DNA from: a virus
Strand: one strand, 5' to 3'
DNA length: 45,228 bases
Virus record (IMG/VR): IMGVR_UViG_3300038379_000089
Span: 1-45,228 of that record
Within the stretch, counting starts at the first letter, position 1; each line of letters opens with the position of its first letter. Shown one piece after another: positions 7,853-16,447 of this stretch. A model generated the notes under the pieces. The model saw nothing but the letters and a program-made list of their open reading frames with translations, ran no database searches and was not told where the DNA came from. Made by a program: the position numbers and the translations under genes.

Positions 7853-8052
7853 AGAAGGCGCTACGGGATGGGTGGTCTCCCCAGTATTTAAGGGAAGAAA
7901 TAAAAAAGGAGCTGGGCGACGTGCTTTGGTATGTCTCTCAGGTGGCGCATGAGTTCGACCTTAAGCTGGATGTGGTAGCTACGGATAATATAGAGAAGTT
8001 GATCTCCCGCCAGATGAGGAATAAGCTACAGGGCAGCGGGGACGTCCGGTAG
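7732..8052 (+). CDS. MazG-like nucleoside triphosphate pyrophosphohydrolase
   Basis: 106 aa. AAAGGAGAAA RBS 7 nt upstream. EAGEVADKVKKALRD ... ELGDVLWYVSQVA ... NIEKLISR ... GSGDVR is the all-alpha MazG pattern. Confidence 0.85.
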   Translation: MYFNDYQDHARKFAIYPREQGAAYTVLGLCSEAGEVADKVKKALRDGWSPQYLREEIKKELGDVLWYVSQVAHEFDLKLDVVATDNIEKLISRQMRNKLQGSGDVR

Positions 8053-8055
8053 TGA

Positions 8056-8235
8056 TTACAGTTCGTGAGTGGAGATAAATACACAGGTCATCTTTACCCC
8101 CCACTCCTTTTCTTCCATCGCTTTTCGGCTTTCGCATACCTGTGGGTTGTGGAATATCTGGTGGGGAAGCATGAGGACGTTGCCGTTATTTAGCAGGTAG
8201 ATCATCGTCAGTACCCACGTCCCCTGTGTCATCAT
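8056..8235 (-). CDS. Hypothetical protein (59 aa, below the track cutoff)
   Basis: Read by eye on the minus strand: ATGATG at 8235, GGAG about 9 nt upstream, TAA at 8058-8056. Would be the last gene of the minus-strand block, ending 3 nt from the MazG stop. Confidence 0.3.
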   Translation of the reverse strand: MMTQGTWVLTMIYLLNNGNVLMLPHQIFHNPQVCESRKAMEEKEWGVKMTCVFISTHEL

Positions 8236-8278
8236 GCCGCCAAGCTCCAGCGGGCTTTTGCCCTATACGGTTTTGAAT

Positions 8279-8908
8279 TCATCCTTCCAGCTCTAGCACG
8301 TTCCTGACGTAGTTACGGGTCTCCCGGATAGGGATCTTCTTTGCGAACTCTTCGTCCGTAAGGACCCCCCCTCTCGGGTCTCCGAATCTTTCAATCCATT
8401 TATCCACCCTTCCCGGCCCTGCGTTATAGGCGGCCACAGCTAGGATAGGGTTGTCCTCATATTTATCCAGCATCTGCCGAAGGTACTCGGTACCCAACTT
8501 GCGGTTATAGTCTGGGTTCTTTAGGCGTTCTTTGCTGAACTTCAGCCCCAGTCCTTTTGCCACCTCTTTAGCCGTAGCGGGCATAAGCTGCATAAGCCCT
8601 ACCGCCCCTTTATGGGATACTGCTTCAGGGTTCCCCCCACTCTCAAAGTGCGTTATACGGTCTGCCAGACCCCCTAGAAAGCTGGCTCTGGGAATGGCTT
8701 CTCTTTTGGGGGCTACCGGGGTAGCGGGAGGTGCCTCAGAACGCATATCCGGGGCTACTTTGGGGGGTATTTGAGGGGTATTGGAGGTGGGGGTAGGACT
8801 CCCGAGGTACTTTTGGAGGTTTGCGAAGGCCTGTTCGGGGGTAGCTCCATCCGGGGCAGCCACCTCGTACTCGACTCCCTCAGGGGATGTTATGGAGAAG
8901 ACAGGCAT
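8279..8908 (-). CDS. Lytic transglycosylase (SLT domain) virion/ejection protein
   Basis: FESGGNPEAVSHKGAVGLMQLMPATAKE ... AAYNAGPGRV gives the catalytic E-S, GLMQ and AYNxG motifs. Start taken at ATG 8908, 1 nt after the upstream stop. In-frame ATGs at 9004 and 9079 would add MNRLRKVSKAPPLLLLIVGVFLLGG. Confidence 0.85.
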   Translation of the reverse strand: MPVFSITSPEGVEYEVAAPDGATPEQAFANLQKYLGSPTPTSNTPQIPPKVAPDMRSEAPPATPVAPKREAIPRASFLGGLADRITHFESGGNPEAVSHKGAVGLMQLMPATAKEVAKGLGLKFSKERLKNPDYNRKLGTEYLRQMLDKYEDNPILAVAAYNAGPGRVDKWIERFGDPRGGVLTDEEFAKKIPIRETRNYVRNVLELEG

Positions 8909-8909
8909 A

Positions 8910-10802
8910 TTATTCTTTAACCTTAATTGACCACCCAGCAGGAATACCCCCACTATCAGGAGTAGCAGAGGTGGAGCCTTGGATACTTTCCTTAACCTGT
9001 TCATTGAGGCCCTCGGGGATGGTGCGCTTCTGGAGCATTGGGTATCCGAAGGAGCTAACAACTGCCTGTTTGATGTCAAATTCGTTTCCTTTAAGTTTGT
9101 CCCTTGTAGGATTAATTAAAGTCATATTTGTGAATACGTCAAGAGCATTGTTGAGCCTGTCCGCCGCCCCTTGAAGATCCCGCATATCAGCGCGGGCCTT
9201 TTGGAGAATCTGTTGCTTGAAGGGGTTATTAACTATACGTTGTTCCAGATTTGCTTCTTTAGACAGCGGTACGAACTTCCCGGCCACGGCATTGTAGGTA
9301 AGTTTTGCCGTATCGTTTTCCAAATGTGCAGGAGTCTGGTAAAGTTGGAGAGAAGAAAGAGCAAGGTTCCTGAAGGAGTCAATTGCCTGATTTGCCAGAG
9401 GGGCATTAGGGCTATTGGGGCGGCTCAATTTAAGGATGCGCGCGTATGCCTGCGGGTTATTCATCAGTTTAAGGGTCCGTTCTTTAGACGCCTCGCTCCC
9501 TTCCCGCAACACCATATCTGATAGAATGATGGAGGCGTTGGCGAATGTGCGAAGGTCTGCTTCCGACATATTCGGCTCTTTATAGCTTGAATTAATCTGC
9601 GCACCAAGAATAGCTCCCACCCCTTTCTTTTCATCCGGAGTGAGGTTGTCAACAGGTACTCTTCCGGTTACTACATCATTCACCGTGTTACCGATATAAT
9701 CGGGGGCGCTGGGATCGAGGCGATTCACCAAGCTCTGATACCCCATCAGTATATTCTTTGATGTTTGGATTGAAACCGGGGCATTGGCCATCCAGTTCTC
9801 CCCCATAAGTTTATTCGCTACAAGGATGCCCTGAAGATTAGGGTCCCTGCCTGCCGCCGCTGCTCCAAACTTGATCTGGTTCTCGAACATAGTCAGCGTT
9901 TTATTCGCAGTTGAGATATCCTGCGTACCAAACAAAGATTGCTGGAGTTCATCCATCATCTCGGTGCGGCGTTTAAGGATAGCGTCAATCGGTGTATGGG
10001 TCATACCGCTGCTGTTCAGAATTTGTTGCACACGGTGGCTGTCCAGCAGGCGGACCTCGTTAAAATATGTAGCGGCGTTCTGAAGGCGCGTAGCTTCAGG
10101 AACAGATGTATCGTTTAACCTGTCTTTGAGATTTTTAATAAAAGAAGGAAGGAATGTAGCATCCTGCTGAGCCAATCCTTGGTTGTATTTAATCTCATAT
10201 TGGGCGTCGAGATCGGCCTGCGATGGGGCGTCTCCTTGCTGGAGTTTAGCTATTTCAAGACGGGCCTTTAGGGATGAGAAATAATTATCTGTCTGCATCT
10301 TCTCCATCGTGTTTGCAATCGTCTTCGCCCTATCAACATTGCCCGCATTGTCGAAAATCGCGGTGCCTTCGGAGATCCCTTGGGAGAGCAGGGCGTCTTC
10401 GATACGCTGTTGACGATCCCTCTCCTTCATCAGCGCTTCGGGACCTGAGGTAGAAGGAAGCACCCCAAGATTCGCTTTAATGCCCGTGCGAATGTCCTCC
10501 GCCACCCCGGGGAAGTTTGCTGTCAGTTCCCGTTGGAGGGCGTTGAGGCGCGTGGTGTACTCATTGATACCGCCCGTGAGCTTCCCCTGCTGAAGAGACG
10601 TCCTTAATTTCTCTTCTTCCCTGTTCATCTTTTGAACCGCTTCTTCGACAATAGTATTCTTGCGGGTCTGAATGAAGCGCTCGGTTACCGGCCCCGCTAT
10701 TGCACCTGCAATGTCCGCCAGTCCGCCCAGCGTAGATTGCGTTGCTGTATTGCGGAATGCTTGGGGGGTAGGTTCGCTAAGGGTATCGCTGAATGCGGGC
10801 AT
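8910..10802 (-). CDS. Internal virion / ejection protein (630 aa), function unknown
   Basis: Large helical protein between the 1555-aa protein and the SLT protein. Position is analogous to T7 core proteins. No catalytic motif seen. Confidence 0.6.
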   Translation of the reverse strand: MPAFSDTLSEPTPQAFRNTATQSTLGGLADIAGAIAGPVTERFIQTRKNTIVEEAVQKMNREEEKLRTSLQQGKLTGGINEYTTRLNALQRELTANFPGVAEDIRTGIKANLGVLPSTSGPEALMKERDRQQRIEDALLSQGISEGTAIFDNAGNVDRAKTIANTMEKMQTDNYFSSLKARLEIAKLQQGDAPSQADLDAQYEIKYNQGLAQQDATFLPSFIKNLKDRLNDTSVPEATRLQNAATYFNEVRLLDSHRVQQILNSSGMTHTPIDAILKRRTEMMDELQQSLFGTQDISTANKTLTMFENQIKFGAAAAGRDPNLQGILVANKLMGENWMANAPVSIQTSKNILMGYQSLVNRLDPSAPDYIGNTVNDVVTGRVPVDNLTPDEKKGVGAILGAQINSSYKEPNMSEADLRTFANASIILSDMVLREGSEASKERTLKLMNNPQAYARILKLSRPNSPNAPLANQAIDSFRNLALSSLQLYQTPAHLENDTAKLTYNAVAGKFVPLSKEANLEQRIVNNPFKQQILQKARADMRDLQGAADRLNNALDVFTNMTLINPTRDKLKGNEFDIKQAVVSSFGYPMLQKRTIPEGLNEQVKESIQGSTSATPDSGGIPAGWSIKVKE

Positions 10803-10804
10803 GA

Positions 10805-13800
10805 TTACTGGCCTTTTTCGTTAAGTGTTTTCTTGTATTCTTCAAAGTCTTTTCGGGAGGCTTCGATATTGTAGCGGATAAGGGGAGACAGCCTATGGTC
10901 TTGTTTCCAGCGGGCCTTGGCCATCGAGTTGTACATGGTCTCCGTAAGACCATCCCGCGCTTTCTGGAACACCCTCCGCTGCACTTCCGGAGATTCCCCC
11001 TCCAATAACGCCGCATTCTTTATTGCCCAGAACTGCTGCCCTTCGACGGTTTCTTCCATCGCGGCCCTTGCATTGTTCTCATTCACCATCTTTGTGAGAG
11101 TCTCCACGTCAGTGTTAAAGGAACCGCTCTCGGCGAATAGAAGGGCAAGATCGTGCTGTTTGCCGGAGGGGAACCCAAGGATAGAGGCAAGAGCCTGAAG
11201 TTTGGGGGCGTACGCTACCGGCTCTCCTCGTCTAGAAATAAGAAGGCCTTTGCGGTAAATAGTTAACGCCTTCTCTACCTCTCGCACTGAACCGATGTTC
11301 CGCGCCATATCCATTACAGCTTCCCACAAAGCGTTTTCGGGCAGTACGTCCGGATGTTTTGAGATAGAGATGTACTGGTAGACGTTCAACAGGGACTTGC
11401 TGAAATCATTCATCATGTTGTACGTGGGCCCGAGGATAATCTGGGGAGGGGATTCTCTTGTCCATGCGTCCCCTAAAGCACGGGTAATGCCTGTACCAAA
11501 ACCGGCCCTAGCGCCCATCGCCGTATCCATTTCTCCATCGCTTGCCCAGTAGATTAGCGCGTCTACCATACCTGTCTGAAGCGCTTTGTACGTAAGTCTG
11601 GAAGTTTCTTTATCAGATGTTTCTTCGTACTTCTCAACAAAGTAATTCATGATGTCTTCGCCCCACGGAGCAGCGGCACTACCCCATAAAGCAAGCTGTC
11701 CTACTGCAAAGCGCCACCGTTCTTCCGGAGTCCAGCGGCTTAATCCGCCCGCGCCTAGAAGATTTTGCGCCGTATGCAGGGCGTACTGCTGGAACTGAAG
11801 GGCGCTGGCAAGAAGACTTCCACCCGTGCCTTTGACTGCCATCGAACGGGAGGCTTCTCCCATGTCCATAGAAAGAGCTCCGGCACGGTCCAGCACATCC
11901 CTGAATATTTCCCTGCTTCCCGGCTTAAAGCCCTTCTTCAACGCCTCCCTATACGCTACGTGCCACGCAGTCAACCTGTTCAGTATTTCCGCCTCGTATA
12001 CAGGGCGTCTTCCGGCTTGACGGGCGCGGGACATATAGCTACCTTCCATATACAAACCTGCATCAGCCACATTAGCGAACCCGGACTTACGCAGATCCTG
12101 CATCATGCCGGTAAATTCTTCTTCACTCAACCCATGCAGCGCTTTCCATTTTATAGCGAGTTGCTTTTCTATCTTGGGATTGGCCATTGCCGTACGTAGC
12201 GTCATTGCACCGGAGAGGGCGCGAATGTCCAGCTTCATAGCAGCGATACCTAATGCTGTGGAGAGCTGGAAGAGGAACTGCCCCGGATTACCGAAACCAA
12301 GGTATACATCGAAGGCCCAGCCGCGCATTGCCGAAAGATACTTATCAGCCGATACCCAATCGTACGCAGAAGAAGCGGAGATACCGGTTTTATCCTCGAC
12401 AAATTCGGCGAGCCTTCTTCGCATTCCCGTGTGCATCTCATCTTCGGCGGTTGTCTTTCCTATTTTATTCTTGAGAACCTGTCTAAGATTTTCCAGCTTT
12501 GCAATATCCGGATCAGTCGCGGCTCTGGTGTACCTTGCTTCGTTGAATATCTGGGCGACGTTACCTCCTGTACGAAGGCTATCAGGGTCAAGAGCATCGA
12601 GGGCCTTAGCCATAGCCACCCACTCTTCCATAGCACTTACGTAGAAGTCGCCCATCGCGTGCATCCGGATGGCGTTTCTGAGCGATCTGTCCTGCGCCTC
12701 AAAGGGATCGAGCACTCTTGCCTCTTTATCCTGTGAACCAAGCAGCCGTGTTCCTCTTTTCCCCGTATATGCTTTATTTGTATGTACCAGCCATGCAGCC
12801 GTGTCGTCTGTGAACGCCTCTTTATTAGAGATATCGAAAAAGTCTGACACACCTTCGGAGTATTCCACTGGAAGCTCTCTATCGTACACCGCCCTAAAGG
12901 GATGCGTTTCACTGAAGGCCCCTTCCAAAACCATCCTGTTCCATTCATCGAGACTATCAATCTCAATCGCCGCCAACGCCTCTTCCATTGCAACACGGTT
13001 TGCATCTGAGCCCTCTGCTTTGAAAGCCCTGACTGCCAGTCTTGCCTCCTCGTGTTCAGCCGCCCATTCACTTGCTTCTTTTACGCTCTCGAATACGGCG
13101 TGTACAAAAGCGGAACCTTTCCACTTCTTCCCGTCTTGGTAAGTCCCGAAGTTTGCCTGTTTGACGAAATACTTTCCTTCGTAGATGCGATGTCCGCCCT
13201 GACGGTAGCCGATAACAATCGGGTTTAATTGGCTAACGGAAACAGAACCGCCCTTGCCCAACACAAGAGTAACAGGATCGTCCCCTACTTTAATGGGGGT
13301 ACGCAGCAGGAAGAGCCGAGAACCTTCGTCCATTCTTTTCTTCAAGGCCTCTGCGGAGATATCCCCCGGCTGCAGATACCTGTTGTTTACCGCATCAAAG
13401 ATCCGGAGGTTATCGGCTTGTGGAATGGAGAGAATTTCTTTTGCGGGGGAAGAATAGTTCAAACCTTCAATAGTTAAATGGGAGTAACCCAAACGGGAAA
13501 GATGTTGGTACTCACGGGTATTGCGTATTGCCCAGTCAAGGTCATTAATATTCTTATAGGTATAATAACCCAGTTTCTCCTCTTTTGTAGGAAGGCGTCC
13601 TGCGATGATCTGGAATTGCGTATCCAACTCTTGGCTGTTAAACCACTTGCCTTCCTGCATTCGGCCATCCGGCCCTGTCCAGACATGCGCGTCTCCTTTC
13701 TGAAGAACTTTTATTACATTCCTGCGCCACTCCTTAATTTTTTTATTACGTATAGGGTCAAGAACAGGTTGCAGCAAATAGGGAGTAAATTGCTCTCGTA

Positions 13801-15472
13801 TTAACTTATTCATACGGGCTTTTTGGGCAACAGCTATTTGCAGGTCTACACCCATGCGCTTAGGCAGCCACCCAAGGATATTTGTAGCTTTGGCTGTCCA
13901 CGTATTTGTTGCCTTTATCTCGGCGGTAGCGGAGGGAATAATATAGCCTTCTTCAGGGAGAACGTGGGTTACATTGATGAACCATTGACCGGAAGGGTCT
14001 TGAATAGTTTTTGCGCCTCCGATACCCCGCTTCTTCGCGGCATTAAGCGCTTGTTTTTCGGTAGCGTACCCGCCCGTGCCTTTTGCGCGTCCGAGAGTTA
14101 CAGTGTAAGTGGGAACACCGGAGACTTTATCGGGAGGATTAAGCCGCACGTCTTCAATATGTGAGCCCTTGTATAGCTCTGTCTCTACTTTTTTACGGGT
14201 AGCTTCGAAAGCGGCAGCGCGTTCTTCGGGAGTATTAATAGTTGTCACCCTGTCCGAGATAACTTCCATCGCAGCTTCCCGCTGTTCTTTTAAAGCGGCT
14301 GCAACCTCTGCGTCTAGCTGGTGCGCGGCTTCAATACCTCTGGCAACACCCCCCGAAAGACCTACAGAGGGATCAGAAGTACGGGCTAAGGTGCTGGTAA
14401 GGGAAGCCTCCGTTGCCGCGTTAACATCGTGCACTACCCCGGATACGCCGGAAGGGGGCGTACCATTTGCGGCCAGCTCTATTGTTTCAGCAAGGCGCTG
14501 TTCTGTTCCTGCGCGGTCTAACCCCTTTGTAAATCTGAACCCGTTTCTAAGGGAAGACGCCCAGTGAGCGATTGCACCCGCATCCGTAGCATCCCAAACT
14601 GAAAGCATGGAGTGCGCCAACTGTTGATTCTCGCCCATTCCACGCAGCATATTCTCAATCGCTATTTTCTGAAGAACGGTGTTGGTTTCTCCAACAATAG
14701 ACCTCCCCGCCTGTTCCGCGAATGCGGGGGCCTTCTGCATAAACTCTTCAAGGGGCATATCCAGAAAGTGGCGACGTTGTGCCTCTAGCGTGGAACCGCT
14801 GAATAGAGAGGGGGATGTGTCTTCTGCAAACTCGGAAGTAAGAAGGTGGAAAGGAACCATGAGGCCCGCGTAATTCAAAGCCTTTGTCAGCACCCCTTGT
14901 GATTTATATTTCTCGTTTACTTTATCAAGAAGGTTTTGCCAGATAGCCTGTTTCTTATGCCATTCGGCCACCTTCGCGTCTAAATCGGGATTAGTATTTT
15001 CCGCCACCTGCACCTGTATGGGATGTTTAAGGGCTTCGTCCTGTATTCCTTCTACTCCTGCGCGTTCAAGGGCGAAGGGATTGTCTCTTTCATTAATTGT
15101 TTGAGCCGCTTCCCACACCCCGTTAGGTGCGAACAGCTCCTGCAATCCTGCTGAATCTCCGGAGAAGTACTGTGCGCGGGCAAGCTCCAACATCTTTTGC
15201 TCTACTTTAGCCTGTGCAGAATCGGAGATACGCTTCCGAACATCTCCTTCCCCTCCTTGAGAAATCTCCGCAGCCATTGCTTCCGCCGCCGCGTTAATCT
15301 GGGCGGTAGTCAGGTTGCCGAACTTTACTTGCGCCATCGCCCCCAACAAAGCCGTTTTCGCTACTGTTTCCGGCCCACCCGTATTGGCTTCGGGAGCGGT
15401 AGGAGGAAGAATGTCAAGAGAATCCGGAGGCAGGATATCTAGCAAAGCGTCCTGTTGAATAGGATCAGTCAT
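10805..15472 (-). CDS. Giant internal virion / ejection protein (1555 aa)
   Basis: Single uninterrupted ORF in the position of T7 gp15/gp16-type core proteins. The transglycosylase domain is a separate gene here. Confidence 0.65.
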   Translation of the reverse strand: MTDPIQQDALLDILPPDSLDILPPTAPEANTGGPETVAKTALLGAMAQVKFGNLTTAQINAAAEAMAAEISQGGEGDVRKRISDSAQAKVEQKMLELARAQYFSGDSAGLQELFAPNGVWEAAQTINERDNPFALERAGVEGIQDEALKHPIQVQVAENTNPDLDAKVAEWHKKQAIWQNLLDKVNEKYKSQGVLTKALNYAGLMVPFHLLTSEFAEDTSPSLFSGSTLEAQRRHFLDMPLEEFMQKAPAFAEQAGRSIVGETNTVLQKIAIENMLRGMGENQQLAHSMLSVWDATDAGAIAHWASSLRNGFRFTKGLDRAGTEQRLAETIELAANGTPPSGVSGVVHDVNAATEASLTSTLARTSDPSVGLSGGVARGIEAAHQLDAEVAAALKEQREAAMEVISDRVTTINTPEERAAAFEATRKKVETELYKGSHIEDVRLNPPDKVSGVPTYTVTLGRAKGTGGYATEKQALNAAKKRGIGGAKTIQDPSGQWFINVTHVLPEEGYIIPSATAEIKATNTWTAKATNILGWLPKRMGVDLQIAVAQKARMNKLIREQFTPYLLQPVLDPIRNKKIKEWRRNVIKVLQKGDAHVWTGPDGRMQEGKWFNSQELDTQFQIIAGRLPTKEEKLGYYTYKNINDLDWAIRNTREYQHLSRLGYSHLTIEGLNYSSPAKEILSIPQADNLRIFDAVNNRYLQPGDISAEALKKRMDEGSRLFLLRTPIKVGDDPVTLVLGKGGSVSVSQLNPIVIGYRQGGHRIYEGKYFVKQANFGTYQDGKKWKGSAFVHAVFESVKEASEWAAEHEEARLAVRAFKAEGSDANRVAMEEALAAIEIDSLDEWNRMVLEGAFSETHPFRAVYDRELPVEYSEGVSDFFDISNKEAFTDDTAAWLVHTNKAYTGKRGTRLLGSQDKEARVLDPFEAQDRSLRNAIRMHAMGDFYVSAMEEWVAMAKALDALDPDSLRTGGNVAQIFNEARYTRAATDPDIAKLENLRQVLKNKIGKTTAEDEMHTGMRRRLAEFVEDKTGISASSAYDWVSADKYLSAMRGWAFDVYLGFGNPGQFLFQLSTALGIAAMKLDIRALSGAMTLRTAMANPKIEKQLAIKWKALHGLSEEEFTGMMQDLRKSGFANVADAGLYMEGSYMSRARQAGRRPVYEAEILNRLTAWHVAYREALKKGFKPGSREIFRDVLDRAGALSMDMGEASRSMAVKGTGGSLLASALQFQQYALHTAQNLLGAGGLSRWTPEERWRFAVGQLALWGSAAAPWGEDIMNYFVEKYEETSDKETSRLTYKALQTGMVDALIYWASDGEMDTAMGARAGFGTGITRALGDAWTRESPPQIILGPTYNMMNDFSKSLLNVYQYISISKHPDVLPENALWEAVMDMARNIGSVREVEKALTIYRKGLLISRRGEPVAYAPKLQALASILGFPSGKQHDLALLFAESGSFNTDVETLTKMVNENNARAAMEETVEGQQFWAIKNAALLEGESPEVQRRVFQKARDGLTETMYNSMAKARWKQDHRLSPLIRYNIEASRKDFEEYKKTLNEKGQ

Positions 15473-15483
15473 TCATTTACCTT

Positions 15484-16035
15484 TTACGCAAACCAGTTAA
15501 TCGTTCCGGAGGGCCTAGGAGTCTCAAAGATCGTCCGCTCGAACGCACTTAATTGCGGGGTTTTAGCGGAAGCTATTTTATCCAAGGCCATTCCAGCGCT
15601 AAAGATCGTTCCACCTAGTCCGGAGATGCTTTGGGCGGTGGAAGATTTTTGAATAGCTTTGTTCGTAGCTGTATTGATGCCCGCTATCTGGTCAAGGAAA
15701 GAAAGGCCGCTGGAAAGCTGGGAGGTAATCGAGCCTGCGCCGCCTGTAACTGCTGAAGAAGTAGAGGCCCCTTGATTTGCTCCGGCCTGAATAATGGCCG
15801 CCCGTTTAATGTTTGCTTCACGAATAAGTTGTCTGCGCTCTCTTGCGGCCTTGATTGTTTCTGCCCGCTGTTGCAACCGTAGGGCTTCCTGTTCTGCGCG
15901 GGAGGACGCGATACTGCCACCCACTGCTGTTGTAAGCCCCGCTGCCGAGAGCGCTGCTGGAAACCCAAAACCGCCTGTAGCGACTCCCGCTCCCACCGCT
16001 AGCGCAGCTAACCCTATTTGTGCCGGTTTACACAT
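15484..16035 (-). CDS. Gly/Ala/Ser-rich internal virion protein (183 aa)
   Basis: ORF track. Hydrophobic Gly/Ala-rich N-terminus (IGLAALAVGAGVATGGFGFPAAL) and a coiled central part. Position resembles T7 gp14. Confidence 0.5.
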   Translation of the reverse strand: MCKPAQIGLAALAVGAGVATGGFGFPAALSAAGLTTAVGGSIASSRAEQEALRLQQRAETIKAARERRQLIREANIKRAAIIQAGANQGASTSSAVTGGAGSITSQLSSGLSFLDQIAGINTATNKAIQKSSTAQSISGLGGTIFSAGMALDKIASAKTPQLSAFERTIFETPRPSGTINWFA

Positions 16036-16036
16036 A

Positions 16037-16447
16037 TTAAACTATCTCCCTTTTATAAATAATAAACGTATCGTCCGCGTTGTACAGGGACAGAAGAGGT
16101 TCAAACCCGAAGTGCGGGGCGAAACGTTCTACGACATTCTGAGAACTTGCCATCGTGTAGACCTCTCCAATTCCCCTACTCTTCAATCCGCCCAGTATCT
16201 CATCCAGCACCATATCTATCTCTCTTAACTTCTTCTTAGTCCACGGCAGTTGTTTAAGATGGAAGTAAAGAAAACACCGGCCTGTCTCGGTTACATTTGC
16301 GGTAAAGGTTACAAGATCGTCATCCCATACCGTGTAATCACAACTAAGAGTCCGTAGTTCCTGTAAGAACCGTTCCCCATCCAATAAGGTTGAAATCTTT
16401 TCCGGGGTCGCTTTCAAATCTGAGTTGTAATGCTCTTCCACTTCCAC
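16037..16447 (-). CDS. Hypothetical virion-module protein, weak GNAT-like motif
   Basis: 136 aa. LKSRGIGEVY...VVERFAPHFGFEP resembles the GNAT acetyl-CoA-binding segment (motif level only). Overlaps the upstream 746-aa gene by 104 nt (at least 41 nt with an alternative TTG start). Confidence 0.4.
   Translation of the reverse strand: MEVEEHYNSDLKATPEKISTLLDGERFLQELRTLSCDYTVWDDDLVTFTANVTETGRCFLYFHLKQLPWTKKKLREIDMVLDEILGGLKSRGIGEVYTMASSQNVVERFAPHFGFEPLLSLYNADDTFIIYKREIV

Noticed and set aside
8053-8278. Bidirectional terminator at the convergent junction of the two gene blocks
   Set aside because: Only weak stems were found (GAGTGG/CCACTC with a 28-nt loop; GGGC-TTTT-GCCC), without convincing T-runs. 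The space may instead be occupied by a 59-aa minus-strand ORF.
11765-14567. Several 100-180-aa plus-strand ORFs (for example 12105-12644, 12669-13142, 14109-14567) inside the 1555-aa gene
   Set aside because: All are antisense to one continuous 4.7-kb ORF. The translations are Ser/Ala/Arg-rich noise.
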